From contig OZ220733.1 of the NCBI GenBank assembly GCA_965116875.1, forward strand, positions 2,720,001 through 2,784,000: a DNA stretch of 64,000 bases, read 5' to 3'. Positions 38,273 to 47,479 of this stretch are shown here, one piece after another. This DNA comes from Candidatus Latescibacterota bacterium (GTDB lineage Bacteria; Latescibacterota; UBA2968; GCA-2709665). The notes under the pieces were generated by a model. It did no database searches, had not been told where the DNA came from, and saw only the letters and a program-made list of their open reading frames with translations. The first letter of the stretch is position 1, and each line of letters begins with the position of its first letter. The position numbers and the translations under genes are program-made.

Positions 38273-38863
38273 TCAGTCGCGGTACGCGGCAAGTGACGGA
38301 TGGTCCAGGACGGAAGCAAGCCATGCCCATCCATCTTTACATCGACTGTAGGTCTCAAACGGGATGAAGTCGAAATCCAGGTATAGGTTGATCGCTCGCG
38401 CGCTGGTGGTCTGGGTGGTCAGATAGGCGCGATCGTGGAAGTCGGCGATGCGTTGAAGCGAGGCCGCCAGAAGCGGTTTGGCGAGTCCACGGCCCTGATA
38501 CTCAGGTCGGATGGCGATCCAGTGGATGCGGCCGTAGTCCTTTCCGTTGAACGCAGGGTTGTACCAGGCCGTGCTTGTGCCGATCACCCGGCCGACCGGG
38601 TCTTCCAGATACAGACACCGCTCCTCCATCCGTTTCCGGCCCGGTCCGAACTCGCGTTCGAAGGCGGCAAGCGCCCCGTCCATCGTATCGAACGACGCAA
38701 CGGAGACTTCGATTTCGGCCCAGTGGTGGTCTTCTCCGGTCCGGTAGTAGCGGAGGCTGTACCCCTCGGGAAGCGGAAATGCCGGGAGGTCCGTGAGGTC
38801 TTCCCTGACCATCACCACCGGAATGAATTCCTGCTTCCTTTCCCAGACTGCTTCGATTTTCAC
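38273..38863 (-). CDS. GNAT family acetyltransferase
   Basis: IHWIAIRPEYQGRGLAK, AINLY..F.F. GTG start with an upstream AAGGAGG; the longer ORF call runs into the IS. Confidence 0.85.
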   Translation of the reverse strand: MKIEAVWERKQEFIPVVMVREDLTDLPAFPLPEGYSLRYYRTGEDHHWAEIEVSVASFDTMDGALAAFEREFGPGRKRMEERCLYLEDPVGRVIGTSTAWYNPAFNGKDYGRIHWIAIRPEYQGRGLAKPLLAASLQRIADFHDRAYLTTQTTSARAINLYLDFDFIPFETYSRCKDGWAWLASVLDHPSLAAYRD

Positions 38864-38914
38864 GATGCCTGCCTCCTTCTCGCTTCCGCCGGGGATCCAC
38901 ACCGGGCCGCTAGG

Positions 38915-40779
38915 CCTTAAATAAGCGAGTATTGTTGTTTGTTGAGCCGAAGGGCGCATTTTGGTGCGTTTGGGTTGATGAGAGCAATGGTGCCTGGCAA
39001 ATGGTGATGGCGTGAGGTCGTACAGAGGTCTGTCGAGGTGAGTTTGCTGTGTAAAGCGACCGGTTGTGTGTGATTTGGGCGTAAGGGTCCGTTGCGTGAT
39101 GATGGACGCGAACGCTGTGGTGATCTGCGGTCATCCTTCGAGTTGGTGTCAGGTGAAGCCGGTGCGTTCGATGGTGGCCCAGGCGCTTAGGAGTCTGCTC
39201 AGGGACGGCTGATAGCCGATGATGCGCACGGTGGTGCTTCGCGCGTTTCTCACCACACGACAGGGAAACAGGATGATGTGGTTGAGGAAGGTGCGAAAGT
39301 CCATCCGGATATAGTGCCGGCGGTGTTTGATGCGATGCATCATCATGGCAAACCACGACTTGATGTTCCAGGCCAGTGCGGCGATGACCATGTAAGCCCA
39401 GTTACTGATCAGGTCATACATGGGCACGCGCAGGGCGTTGACACCGTTTTTGAGTTGTTCGATGACGTTTTCCTGGTCGCAACGTTTGTTGGCCGCAAAG
39501 ACGACTTCGGCAGGTGTGAGGTCGTGGCGCGTGGTGATGTAGAAGAAATACCGGATATTGTCGAAGAGGGTCTGCTCGCCTTTCGTCTTGGAGATGTTTT
39601 TTCTCACGGCCACGACGCGGTAGGTCCGTTCGCACTTGCCGGGCTGATAGTCAAACTGTGCCACGTCTTCGAACTTGAGCGCCAGGGTGAGGTAGCCCCG
39701 CGCCTTGACGATGCGCTGCTTCTCATTGTCCCGTCGGTGCCTTTTCTGTGGCGCGACAGGCCGGTGCAGGCGATGCCAGGCCGCTTCGTCAAGCGCCTCG
39801 GCCCGTGTTCGCAAGGCCTCGTTGGCGTCCATGCCGAAGATGAAATCGACGTTTTTGGCCCAGCGATCGAAGTGACCGGTGAGCGAAAAATCCGTGTCGC
39901 CGCGCAGGCATACGCGCCCTGCGTGGGGCTTCACCAAGGAGATGGCCGCATCGATCCAGGATGCGGCGCCCTGGTGAGAAGACGCGTTGCCCGGACGGTT
40001 GACCACATACAGCACCTCTTTGGTATTGGCCAACGACACGATCAAAGGCGCATATCCCCACACGCCCTTGTAGGAAATGTCCATACCGGCTTTCTTCTGC
40101 CCATACGTTGGCGCACTGGTGCCATCCACGTCGATGTATGCCACCCCTGCCAGGTCTCGGGTAGCGCGTGTGCGCCACAACTTGGCGCGTACCGCGTTAA
40201 TGCAATCCATCAGCTCGATCACGTCGGCCTCGGTGAAGCGACGTGTGAAGTCACCCGTGGTCGTCGGATCCGGGATCAGATCCGCGTTCAAGGCATTCAT
40301 GTAGGCCACGTCATGTCGCAAACGCTCGATATCTTCCAGACGCGTGCCGCCGCACATGATGTTGTAGGAAAGGTTCAACACATGATCCGACTCGTGATAC
40401 GGCAGATGCACCTTCAACAACTGCAACCTCGCGTCGATTTCCTTGACCAAGCCCAACTTCGTCACCAGGCGATGCACCGCCGTGATGCCACCGTAGCTCA
40501 TCGCGTGCCCATCTGCGCTGACCTCGTAATGTACACGCGTGCTGCCAAACATCGGCTTGCCTTGCGCACAAAAGCGACTCGCGCGCTTCTGCCGTACATG
40601 TACCTTGCGCCCACATTTTGTACTGTTCCTGCGGCTTTCTCTTACCGATATTCTTTTCACCGGAAAGGCCCCCTTCGTTGGAGTAGCAATTTCCCGTCCG
40701 AGACTGCTAACTTCAACAAAGATAAGTCTTTCCGGTACTTTTATACATTTAAATCTGAAATAACTCGCTTAATTAGAGG
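38915..40779 (-). mobile_element. IS1380-family insertion sequence, about 1.87 kb
   Basis: Imperfect terminal IRs CCTTAAATAAGCGAGT / CCTCTAATTAAGCGAGT; flanking direct repeat CTAG(G) at 38910-38914 and 40780-40784. Confidence 0.9.
39149..40660 (-). CDS. IS1380-family DDE transposase
   Basis: IPDPTT.GDF.RRF, IDVDGT, YKG.WGY.PL, RPGN, LRGDTDF, RCDQENVIEQLKNG. Confidence 0.92.
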   Translation of the reverse strand: MKRISVRESRRNSTKCGRKVHVRQKRASRFCAQGKPMFGSTRVHYEVSADGHAMSYGGITAVHRLVTKLGLVKEIDARLQLLKVHLPYHESDHVLNLSYNIMCGGTRLEDIERLRHDVAYMNALNADLIPDPTTTGDFTRRFTEADVIELMDCINAVRAKLWRTRATRDLAGVAYIDVDGTSAPTYGQKKAGMDISYKGVWGYAPLIVSLANTKEVLYVVNRPGNASSHQGAASWIDAAISLVKPHAGRVCLRGDTDFSLTGHFDRWAKNVDFIFGMDANEALRTRAEALDEAAWHRLHRPVAPQKRHRRDNEKQRIVKARGYLTLALKFEDVAQFDYQPGKCERTYRVVAVRKNISKTKGEQTLFDNIRYFFYITTRHDLTPAEVVFAANKRCDQENVIEQLKNGVNALRVPMYDLISNWAYMVIAALAWNIKSWFAMMMHRIKHRRHYIRMDFRTFLNHIILFPCRVVRNARSTTVRIIGYQPSLSRLLSAWATIERTGFT

Positions 40780-42879
40780 CTAGGCAAGGGCCGTTCCGGC
40801 GTCGGTAAGCGTATAGGCCGGGCCCTCCCCGAACACCGTCCCCCATCGTTCGCGATCCTGGTGCTCGAGTACCAGCCTGATCGTGCCTCCGGGCGGACCA
40901 CCCAGCATGAAAATCCGCTCCGGGCGTTGCGGAAGCACCGGTCCGCGGACCGGACTGGCGACCTGCTCCGCGGGAGGCACGAGAACCAGTTGAGGCGCGG
41001 CGCCCGGAGCGGTATACCAGAATGAGATCATCGATCCATCGGCCTGTTGTCCGGCAACGCATTCCCCTCCGCAAGGCAGAATCGCCCACAGGACGTCGAG
41101 CGACGTCTCGCCGGCCATCGCAAACCGGAAGCGGAGGTCCGCATGGTCCATCGCCTCCAGGTCTTCGGGCGGGATGTCGTAGCCGGACAGGTACTCCCTC
41201 CAAAACGGGTCGACCGGTTGCGGAACTCGTTCGAACGCCGCCGCATGCGAAGCAGCGTGATAGAGGCCGCATGCCTGTCCGGATGGCGTCTCCAGCCGGA
41301 GCGATCTGTCCGCGCCGATCCGGGTATCGACCTCATGTCCGACGTGAAAGTGGGCCTCCACGGGGCGCGTCTCATGACCGGAGAACCGGACCCGATCCAG
41401 CACGAATACGGCGTGCCGGTCCCTTGCGTGCAATACGGTCCGCTCGAAACCGGACAGGTCCGGGACTTCGGGGTACGCGCACGCCGCTTCGCACCTTGCG
41501 GCTGAGTACACGTCGTTCTCGCCCCGGTAGACACCCGTCATCTCGCCCCCGGCGCCGGGTTCGACCGACTGTCCCCGGCCGTCGAAGGTGAGCGTATTCT
41601 TGAACGAGGTATCGAACCGGAAATATCCGGACGGCCGGAAAAAATAGTGACCGTTTACAAAGTACGTAAAGGACGCCCGGTCTTCATAGTGGGCGTGCTT
41701 GTTCTGCGTTATGGTCTGTATCGGAAGCCCTTCGTCCAGCAGGGACTGCGCCAGCGGGGCGCCGGGAACGGTACACTCGAAGCTGAGTACGGATGCGCCT
41801 TCGTCAAATCCCGTACGGGAGAAAAACTGACCCATCGACGGAAAAGCGGCGGCGGCCGGCAATCCGTCCGGAGGCTCCGCCGCAACGCCGGGATCGTACC
41901 ACAGGAAGCTCCAGCCGTAGTCGTGATAGTCCTTCAGGAACGATCGGGCGGATTCCCGTTCCGCCTGCCACTGCGCCAGACCGTCATTGAACTCGGACGC
42001 GAGTTTGTACAGTTGAAAAGCCACGACCCCGCCGGTCTCCCCGTGATACCGGCCGCTGGGCGTCGAGTCGTCCAGAAATACGTAGTTTCCATCCGGAAGA
42101 AGGTGGTAGGTCCGCCAGCGGGGCAATGCCTTCAGCCAGGGCACATCAAACGCGTTTTCGCCGAATACCCGCTTCCTGCCCTCCAGGTAGAACAGCATCG
42201 GTCCCAACGCGTAATTCAGCGGGGCCACGCCCTCGTTCCAGGCCCCGTCCTCACCTTGAATGGAAACGATCCATTCGACCTCTCTCTCAACATCGGTCAA
42301 CCACGACCCGGCTTCGGGCGCGTAGGGCAACAGGGCCAGACAGCCGACGCCGGCGCCGAAGACCGGCACCCAGCAGTCGTGGTAATGGTATCGCCGGCTC
42401 CAGCCTGCCTCCCCGGTATTCATGTACCGGACCATCCGTCCGGTCTCGACCCGCAATACCTCGATCGCGCGACGAATCAGCGGTTCAGGAAGAACCCGGC
42501 CGAACAGGTCCACGCCGTAGGCCAGCGCCATCACGTGAAAGGCTACGAGATATGAGGATTTGACCTGCTCGTTTCCCGCGCTGTCCGCATCGACCCATCG
42601 CGCCATCCAGCGTTCGGCAAGTCCGCGCCACCGCCCGTCGCCGGTGACCTGCCATGCAATGCCGCAGTTCACCACCAGAGTAAAACAGATCTCGAGCAGA
42701 TCGCTGTACGCGGGCTCCTCCAGGTCCCAGAGCGTGCCGGGCGGATCGACATGCAAACGGGCGTGCAGGTCTGCCACCATCGGCCGGAAGAACCGCGCGT
42801 GTGACGAAGCGCTGCGATCGCGCAATTCATCCAGTTCGTTCTCGGACAGAATCAACCGCGGCGCCGCGGGGTCGACCAT
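40780..42879 (-). CDS. Heparinase II/III-like (DUF4962-type) polysaccharide lyase-like protein
   Basis: Helical N-half with DGAWNEG....Y; C-half FFSRTGF, HAHYED..SF, KNTLTFDG.GQ, FERTV, FVLDRV. No evident signal peptide. Confidence 0.75.
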   Translation of the reverse strand: MVDPAAPRLILSENELDELRDRSASSHARFFRPMVADLHARLHVDPPGTLWDLEEPAYSDLLEICFTLVVNCGIAWQVTGDGRWRGLAERWMARWVDADSAGNEQVKSSYLVAFHVMALAYGVDLFGRVLPEPLIRRAIEVLRVETGRMVRYMNTGEAGWSRRYHYHDCWVPVFGAGVGCLALLPYAPEAGSWLTDVEREVEWIVSIQGEDGAWNEGVAPLNYALGPMLFYLEGRKRVFGENAFDVPWLKALPRWRTYHLLPDGNYVFLDDSTPSGRYHGETGGVVAFQLYKLASEFNDGLAQWQAERESARSFLKDYHDYGWSFLWYDPGVAAEPPDGLPAAAAFPSMGQFFSRTGFDEGASVLSFECTVPGAPLAQSLLDEGLPIQTITQNKHAHYEDRASFTYFVNGHYFFRPSGYFRFDTSFKNTLTFDGRGQSVEPGAGGEMTGVYRGENDVYSAARCEAACAYPEVPDLSGFERTVLHARDRHAVFVLDRVRFSGHETRPVEAHFHVGHEVDTRIGADRSLRLETPSGQACGLYHAASHAAAFERVPQPVDPFWREYLSGYDIPPEDLEAMDHADLRFRFAMAGETSLDVLWAILPCGGECVAGQQADGSMISFWYTAPGAAPQLVLVPPAEQVASPVRGPVLPQRPERIFMLGGPPGGTIRLVLEHQDRERWGTVFGEGPAYTLTDAGTALA

Positions 42880-43070
42880 CGGGGACGTCCATTTCCGAAT
42901 CAGGGTTGAAATCGAAATGGCCCGGCTTCACAGAACCCCTCATCCCAAGTCTAAACCATACCGGGAGGGATTGCAAGTCCCTTTGACCGTGGATTGGATG
43001 GCTGCACGACCCCGCCGCGCCGGTCAGTGCGCCCGGCATGGCGAAATAAAAAAATCACTCTTTTTTTCTC

Positions 43071-43100
43071 TTGACAAAATCCGCCGGGTGGTGTTATCAT
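43071..43100 (+). promoter_or_regulatory. Sigma70-type promoter of the plus-strand cluster
   Basis: TTGACA (43071) - 18 nt - TATCAT (43095), with an extended -10 TG and upstream A/T tracts. Confidence 0.7.
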
Positions 43101-43382
43101 TACTTATAGTATGTTTTAGTAGTGTGTTTGCTTCAAGCGAGTGTGGTTCGAAACGGCATCGCGAGGGCTTTCTCTGTGGGAGGGGCACCGTCTTGCCGTA
43201 ACTGTAATTATCGGCCCTCCCCCGGAATTTGCGGACGCCCGTTCCGGATGCCGCCGAACGGGCAATCAAAATCACGCCGGGGAGTCGGTGACAGGTTGAG
43301 CCAAAGTACTGCAAACGGACCGGATTTAGCGAGAATGTCGGCGGCGATCGCGCGGCCCGGTCCATCACAAGGAGGGCAGTCT

Positions 43383-44129
43383 ATGGGCACATGGAGGGTT
43401 GCGGCTGTTGCCGGGCTTCTGGTGGCTCTTCTGGCACCGGATATCGGCGCGCGGGAGTTCGACCGGATCGGAGGGCGGATGCTGTTGGGCTACAACCTGC
43501 CCGTAATGGGGCTTCGGACGAACTGGTACACACAGGCGGTACGTTGGGGCGGCAGCGTTGTTTACAACCGGAATATCAACAACGCGCTTGAGTTCGAGTA
43601 TCACCGGCTCGAATACAACGACGGCAAGATCGAGAGTCAGACGTTTACCTGGAACGAAGACTCGAAGGATTATGCAAGCCCCGAGTCCGACGCCAGTATG
43701 CGGATCAACAGCGTGCTGTGCAACGTGGTTTTCCGGCTCGGCGACAAGTCTCGGCTGTTCTATAACCAGGGCACATCCCCTTACGTGGTCGCCGGCGGCG
43801 GGTTTCACAGCTACAGCAATCGCGTGACCGGCCTTATTTATCCCGGGCAGAAGGGCATCCCGGTCGAGGGTTCGGAAGAGAATATGCTGGATCCGAGCGT
43901 GGTTCTCGAACCGGTGGTGGAGAGCCGGTGGGCGCTCGGGGCCCATTTCGGGTTTGGCGTCGAACGGTTCATGTCGAACAACTTTTCACTGGATTTCCGG
44001 GTTCAGCACAATTTCCTGGTGGGGACGCTCGGGCCGCGGGAGGCCTGGGGCATCAAGGGCGTGATGCCGCTGCTGCAGATGCTGGATCTGGAGGTGGCCG
44101 TCAAATTCTACGAATCGGGGAAAGATTAA
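43383..44129 (+). CDS. Outer-membrane beta-barrel protein (OmpA/OmpW-like)
   Basis: GGAGG RBS, signal peptide, SPYVVAGGG, GAHFGFGVE...SLDFRV, near-terminal VAVKFY. Confidence 0.75.
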   Translation: MGTWRVAAVAGLLVALLAPDIGAREFDRIGGRMLLGYNLPVMGLRTNWYTQAVRWGGSVVYNRNINNALEFEYHRLEYNDGKIESQTFTWNEDSKDYASPESDASMRINSVLCNVVFRLGDKSRLFYNQGTSPYVVAGGGFHSYSNRVTGLIYPGQKGIPVEGSEENMLDPSVVLEPVVESRWALGAHFGFGVERFMSNNFSLDFRVQHNFLVGTLGPREAWGIKGVMPLLQMLDLEVAVKFYESGKD

Positions 44130-44229
44130 TTCGTCTCGCGTGCCCGGCGATCAGGGAGGAGGCACGATCCAAATCGGGCATAAGTGGCTGAAGATAACCA
44201 GCTCAGACAATACAAATGGAGGTTCGGCA

Positions 44230-47200
44230 ATGAAGAAGTGCGTTTTGTTTATCGGAGTTCTTTCCCTCTGTACGGCGCTGGCGTTGAGTGGTAACGCCTG
44301 GGCCGGCACGACTGGAAAGATTGTTGGAAAGGTCCTGGACAATCAGGGCGAACCGCTTCCCGGCGCCAACGTGGTCGTCGAGGGCCTCAACCTCGGGTCC
44401 ACAGCCGATGCGGAGGGGTTCTACGTGATTCTCCGCGCCGATCCGGGGCTGTATACGCTAAAGGCGTCCCTGATCGGTTATCAGGCCGAGTCACAGACGG
44501 ACGTGCGTGTGCAGGCCGACGTGACGACGGAGGTCGATTTTACGTTGCAGGAGGCGACGCTTGAGCTCGGGGATATGGTTGTCAAGGCGGAACGTCCTCC
44601 GGTTGAGGTTGACAAGACCTTCAGCAAGTACATCGTAGGCGCCGATGAGATCGAGCAGCTTCCCATCGTGCGCACGACCAGCGAGTTGATCACGCTGCAG
44701 CCGGGCGTGCACCTCGACGGGTCCGACCGCATGCGGGGAAGCAACCGGCCCGGTGAATGGCGGAGCCGCACGGGCGGAGACGTGGCCTATTACGTGGACG
44801 GCGTGAAAATCGTGAACAGCGACGGCGCCGGCTCCCACAACTGGAAGGCTATCAACCGGTCGACCGTCCAGGAGATTTCCGTGGTCACGGGCGGGATGAA
44901 CGCCGAGTACGGCAATGCCCAGGCCGGCGTCATCAGCATTATTACAAAAGACGGAAGCCAGAACTTCCACGGGTGGGGCGAGTACCGGCGGACCCCCCCG
45001 GGGCAGAAGCACTGGGGCGCAAACGCCTACGAAAGCCCGTCGCATCTCGACAAGATGAAATGGGGCGAGGGCGAGTGGCAGAACGAGCGGGACCCGGATA
45101 CGGGTCGACTCGTCCACCAGCGCTCGGACTACGATGAAATCACCGGCCACGAGGTGGAGGGGAATGTCTCGGGTCCGCTTTCCAGGAGCGCTTCGTTCAT
45201 CGTTTCGGGCAAGACGGCACGGAAGGCGCCCATCTATCCCTCGGGGACGGAGAGGGGCTACTATGACGACATAGGGCGGTTTGTTCCTTCTTTGAACAAC
45301 TACCAGGGATCATACAGCGTCACCGTCCGCGCGTCCGAAAATGTAAAGATGAAGATCGGCGGTTTGTTCGAATACAACAAGAAGTTTATCGGTACCGACC
45401 GGGATTCCTACCGGAACGAACGGTCCGCGGGCACCTCCAGCGGCGTCATTCGCGGTTTAGGCAAGAACATCTTCCTGCCGGCGGACTGGAGCGCGGCGGG
45501 CAAAATGAGTACGAACCACAATATGCAATACCTGGCCATCACCCATTCTCTCTCGCCCAGGACGTTCTACGACCTCCGGATATCGCGCTATTCAACGGTC
45601 GACGACACCAGCGATATCGCGGCGAGAACGTCGGACGTGCGTACGGATGCGGACGGATGGTTTGCCGTGGACCGGGAGGTCCGCCATTACCAGGTTGCGG
45701 ACCGGAAGCGGTACCAGGTCAAGCTGGATCTGGCCAGCCAGATCACGAAGGGGCATTTCGTGAAGGCCGGGTTCGAATTCATCAAGTACAGCATGTTCCT
45801 CACCCGTTACACGGGAGAGAGCGCACAGGCCAGGCGGCTGGAGTTCGCGGGCGCGCAGGGCGTGGTCGGAGATCCTGTCAAGCCCCAGCACCTCGCCATC
45901 TACGCGCAGGACAAGATGGAGTTCGAAGGCATGGTCATCAATGCCGGCCTGCGTCTGGACCTGTTCGATCCGGTATCCAAGTTCCCGGCTTCCGGCGCCT
46001 ATGCGTTCTCGCCCATGTACAACTCGCCACTTAGATTCCAGAATGCGCCCCACCGCGAACCGGTCGTGTTTAAAAACCTGAGCCCGCGGGTGGGGGTGTC
46101 GCATCCGATCACGGCGCGTTCGTCCATGCATTATTTCGCGGGTCTGTTCCTGGCCTATCCCGACATCTATTATCTGTTCAACGGGGACTGGCGGACATCG
46201 GGTCCCGATCAGGACTGGAACGGGAACGGCGGGATCGATCCGGGTGAGCGGTACAACGCCATGCGGCCGTCGTACCCGATTCGCAGCGGGCAGGGCACCA
46301 CTGAAATCCGACCCGAAAAGACCGTGTCGATGGAGGTGGGGGCGGACTGGAACTTCGTGCAGGACTACACCGGCGCGATCGCATTGTACTACAAGAGCGC
46401 AAAGGACCAGTACCATTATCATTCCGACGTGCGCTTTTACGCGCCGCACAGGCCCGGTTGGGTGCATCCCTACGCCCGGATCCTGCACAACAACGGGTTC
46501 GAAGAGCAGCGGGGTCTGGAATTTTCCCTGCGGAAGCCCCTCAGCCACAACTTCGCCATCAATCTTGCGTACAACATGACATGGGCGCAGGCCGGTTGGG
46601 GCAATTTCGACGCCTGGTTCAACTTCCTGTATCCGGACTCCATGTACATCGCCAGCGGGCGATACTGGTACGAGTACAGGGTGGAGAACGGCGTTGAAGT
46701 GCCGGTGCCCCTCACGGTCGAGCAGATCCGGGAGATCGGCGCCACCGCCAACCGAGTCATCCGGAATAACGCGAAACGAGACGGCAGGCCGGGAGGCAGA
46801 GGATACGAGCAGACCCGGATGACGGCCCGGGAATACGGGCTCATCGGCCTGGACGACTTCGAACTGGACCACATCCACGTGTGGGCGAGGGGTTATCAAA
46901 CCGGCCTGAACGCCGACGGCGGCAACATCCGGAACCAGGGCAGTGTACAGTTCCTCTACCTCACGCCAGGGGACTACGGGCCCGATTTCAAGGTGTTCGG
47001 TAGCAAGTTCCTCGCCAACTGGCGGGTCAACCTGCTCTGGCGCATGCAGAATACGGGTTCGTTCTGGTACACGCCGGCGAATTCCGGCCGCGAACGCCGG
47101 CTGCGTCCTATCCGCACCTGGACCGACTTCGCCATTGAGAAGCGTTTTCCGTTCGGTCTGGGACGCGGCGACGTCAGCCTCTTCCTGGAGGTGCGAAACC

Positions 47201-47370
47201 TGTTCAACCAGAAGGACGACAGTTCATACAATACCACCGACTGGACCAACTGGGGATTGCTTACGGCCCGCCCGGACAACTCCGAATTCCTCCTGTACGG
47301 GGATACGCGCGACCGGAACTTCTACAACCATCCCCGGCGCACGGAGATGGGTTTGAGAATCCAGTTCTGA
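44230..47370 (+). CDS. TonB-dependent receptor with an N-terminal carboxypeptidase-regulatory-like domain
   Basis: Signal peptide, TTGKIVGKV...GEPLPGANV, plug YYVDG...TGGMNAEYGNAQAGVI, SPRVGVSHPI, PEKT..MEVG, NLFN, C-terminal Phe. Confidence 0.92.
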   Translation: MKKCVLFIGVLSLCTALALSGNAWAGTTGKIVGKVLDNQGEPLPGANVVVEGLNLGSTADAEGFYVILRADPGLYTLKASLIGYQAESQTDVRVQADVTTEVDFTLQEATLELGDMVVKAERPPVEVDKTFSKYIVGADEIEQLPIVRTTSELITLQPGVHLDGSDRMRGSNRPGEWRSRTGGDVAYYVDGVKIVNSDGAGSHNWKAINRSTVQEISVVTGGMNAEYGNAQAGVISIITKDGSQNFHGWGEYRRTPPGQKHWGANAYESPSHLDKMKWGEGEWQNERDPDTGRLVHQRSDYDEITGHEVEGNVSGPLSRSASFIVSGKTARKAPIYPSGTERGYYDDIGRFVPSLNNYQGSYSVTVRASENVKMKIGGLFEYNKKFIGTDRDSYRNERSAGTSSGVIRGLGKNIFLPADWSAAGKMSTNHNMQYLAITHSLSPRTFYDLRISRYSTVDDTSDIAARTSDVRTDADGWFAVDREVRHYQVADRKRYQVKLDLASQITKGHFVKAGFEFIKYSMFLTRYTGESAQARRLEFAGAQGVVGDPVKPQHLAIYAQDKMEFEGMVINAGLRLDLFDPVSKFPASGAYAFSPMYNSPLRFQNAPHREPVVFKNLSPRVGVSHPITARSSMHYFAGLFLAYPDIYYLFNGDWRTSGPDQDWNGNGGIDPGERYNAMRPSYPIRSGQGTTEIRPEKTVSMEVGADWNFVQDYTGAIALYYKSAKDQYHYHSDVRFYAPHRPGWVHPYARILHNNGFEEQRGLEFSLRKPLSHNFAINLAYNMTWAQAGWGNFDAWFNFLYPDSMYIASGRYWYEYRVENGVEVPVPLTVEQIREIGATANRVIRNNAKRDGRPGGRGYEQTRMTAREYGLIGLDDFELDHIHVWARGYQTGLNADGGNIRNQGSVQFLYLTPGDYGPDFKVFGSKFLANWRVNLLWRMQNTGSFWYTPANSGRERRLRPIRTWTDFAIEKRFPFGLGRGDVSLFLEVRNLFNQKDDSSYNTTDWTNWGLLTARPDNSEFLLYGDTRDRNFYNHPRRTEMGLRIQF

Positions 47371-47400
47371 TCCATTCCGTCGTCAACACGCCATGAATGA

Positions 47401-47431
47401 GCGGGGGCCCCGGGGTTGCCCGGGCTCCCGC
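47401..47431 (+). other. GC-rich intergenic hairpin without a U-tract
   Basis: GCGGGGGCCCCGGG...CCCGGGCTCCCGC just after the receptor stop codon. Confidence 0.55.
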
Positions 47432-47479
47432 CGGTATGCGATTCTTAATTGAGGACCTATCAACGCTGAGGAGGATACG

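Noticed and set aside
43190-43310. Cobalamin riboswitch
   Set aside because: Only a CCGTAACTGTAA-like fragment matches and the other conserved blocks were not found; kept only as a possible structured leader.
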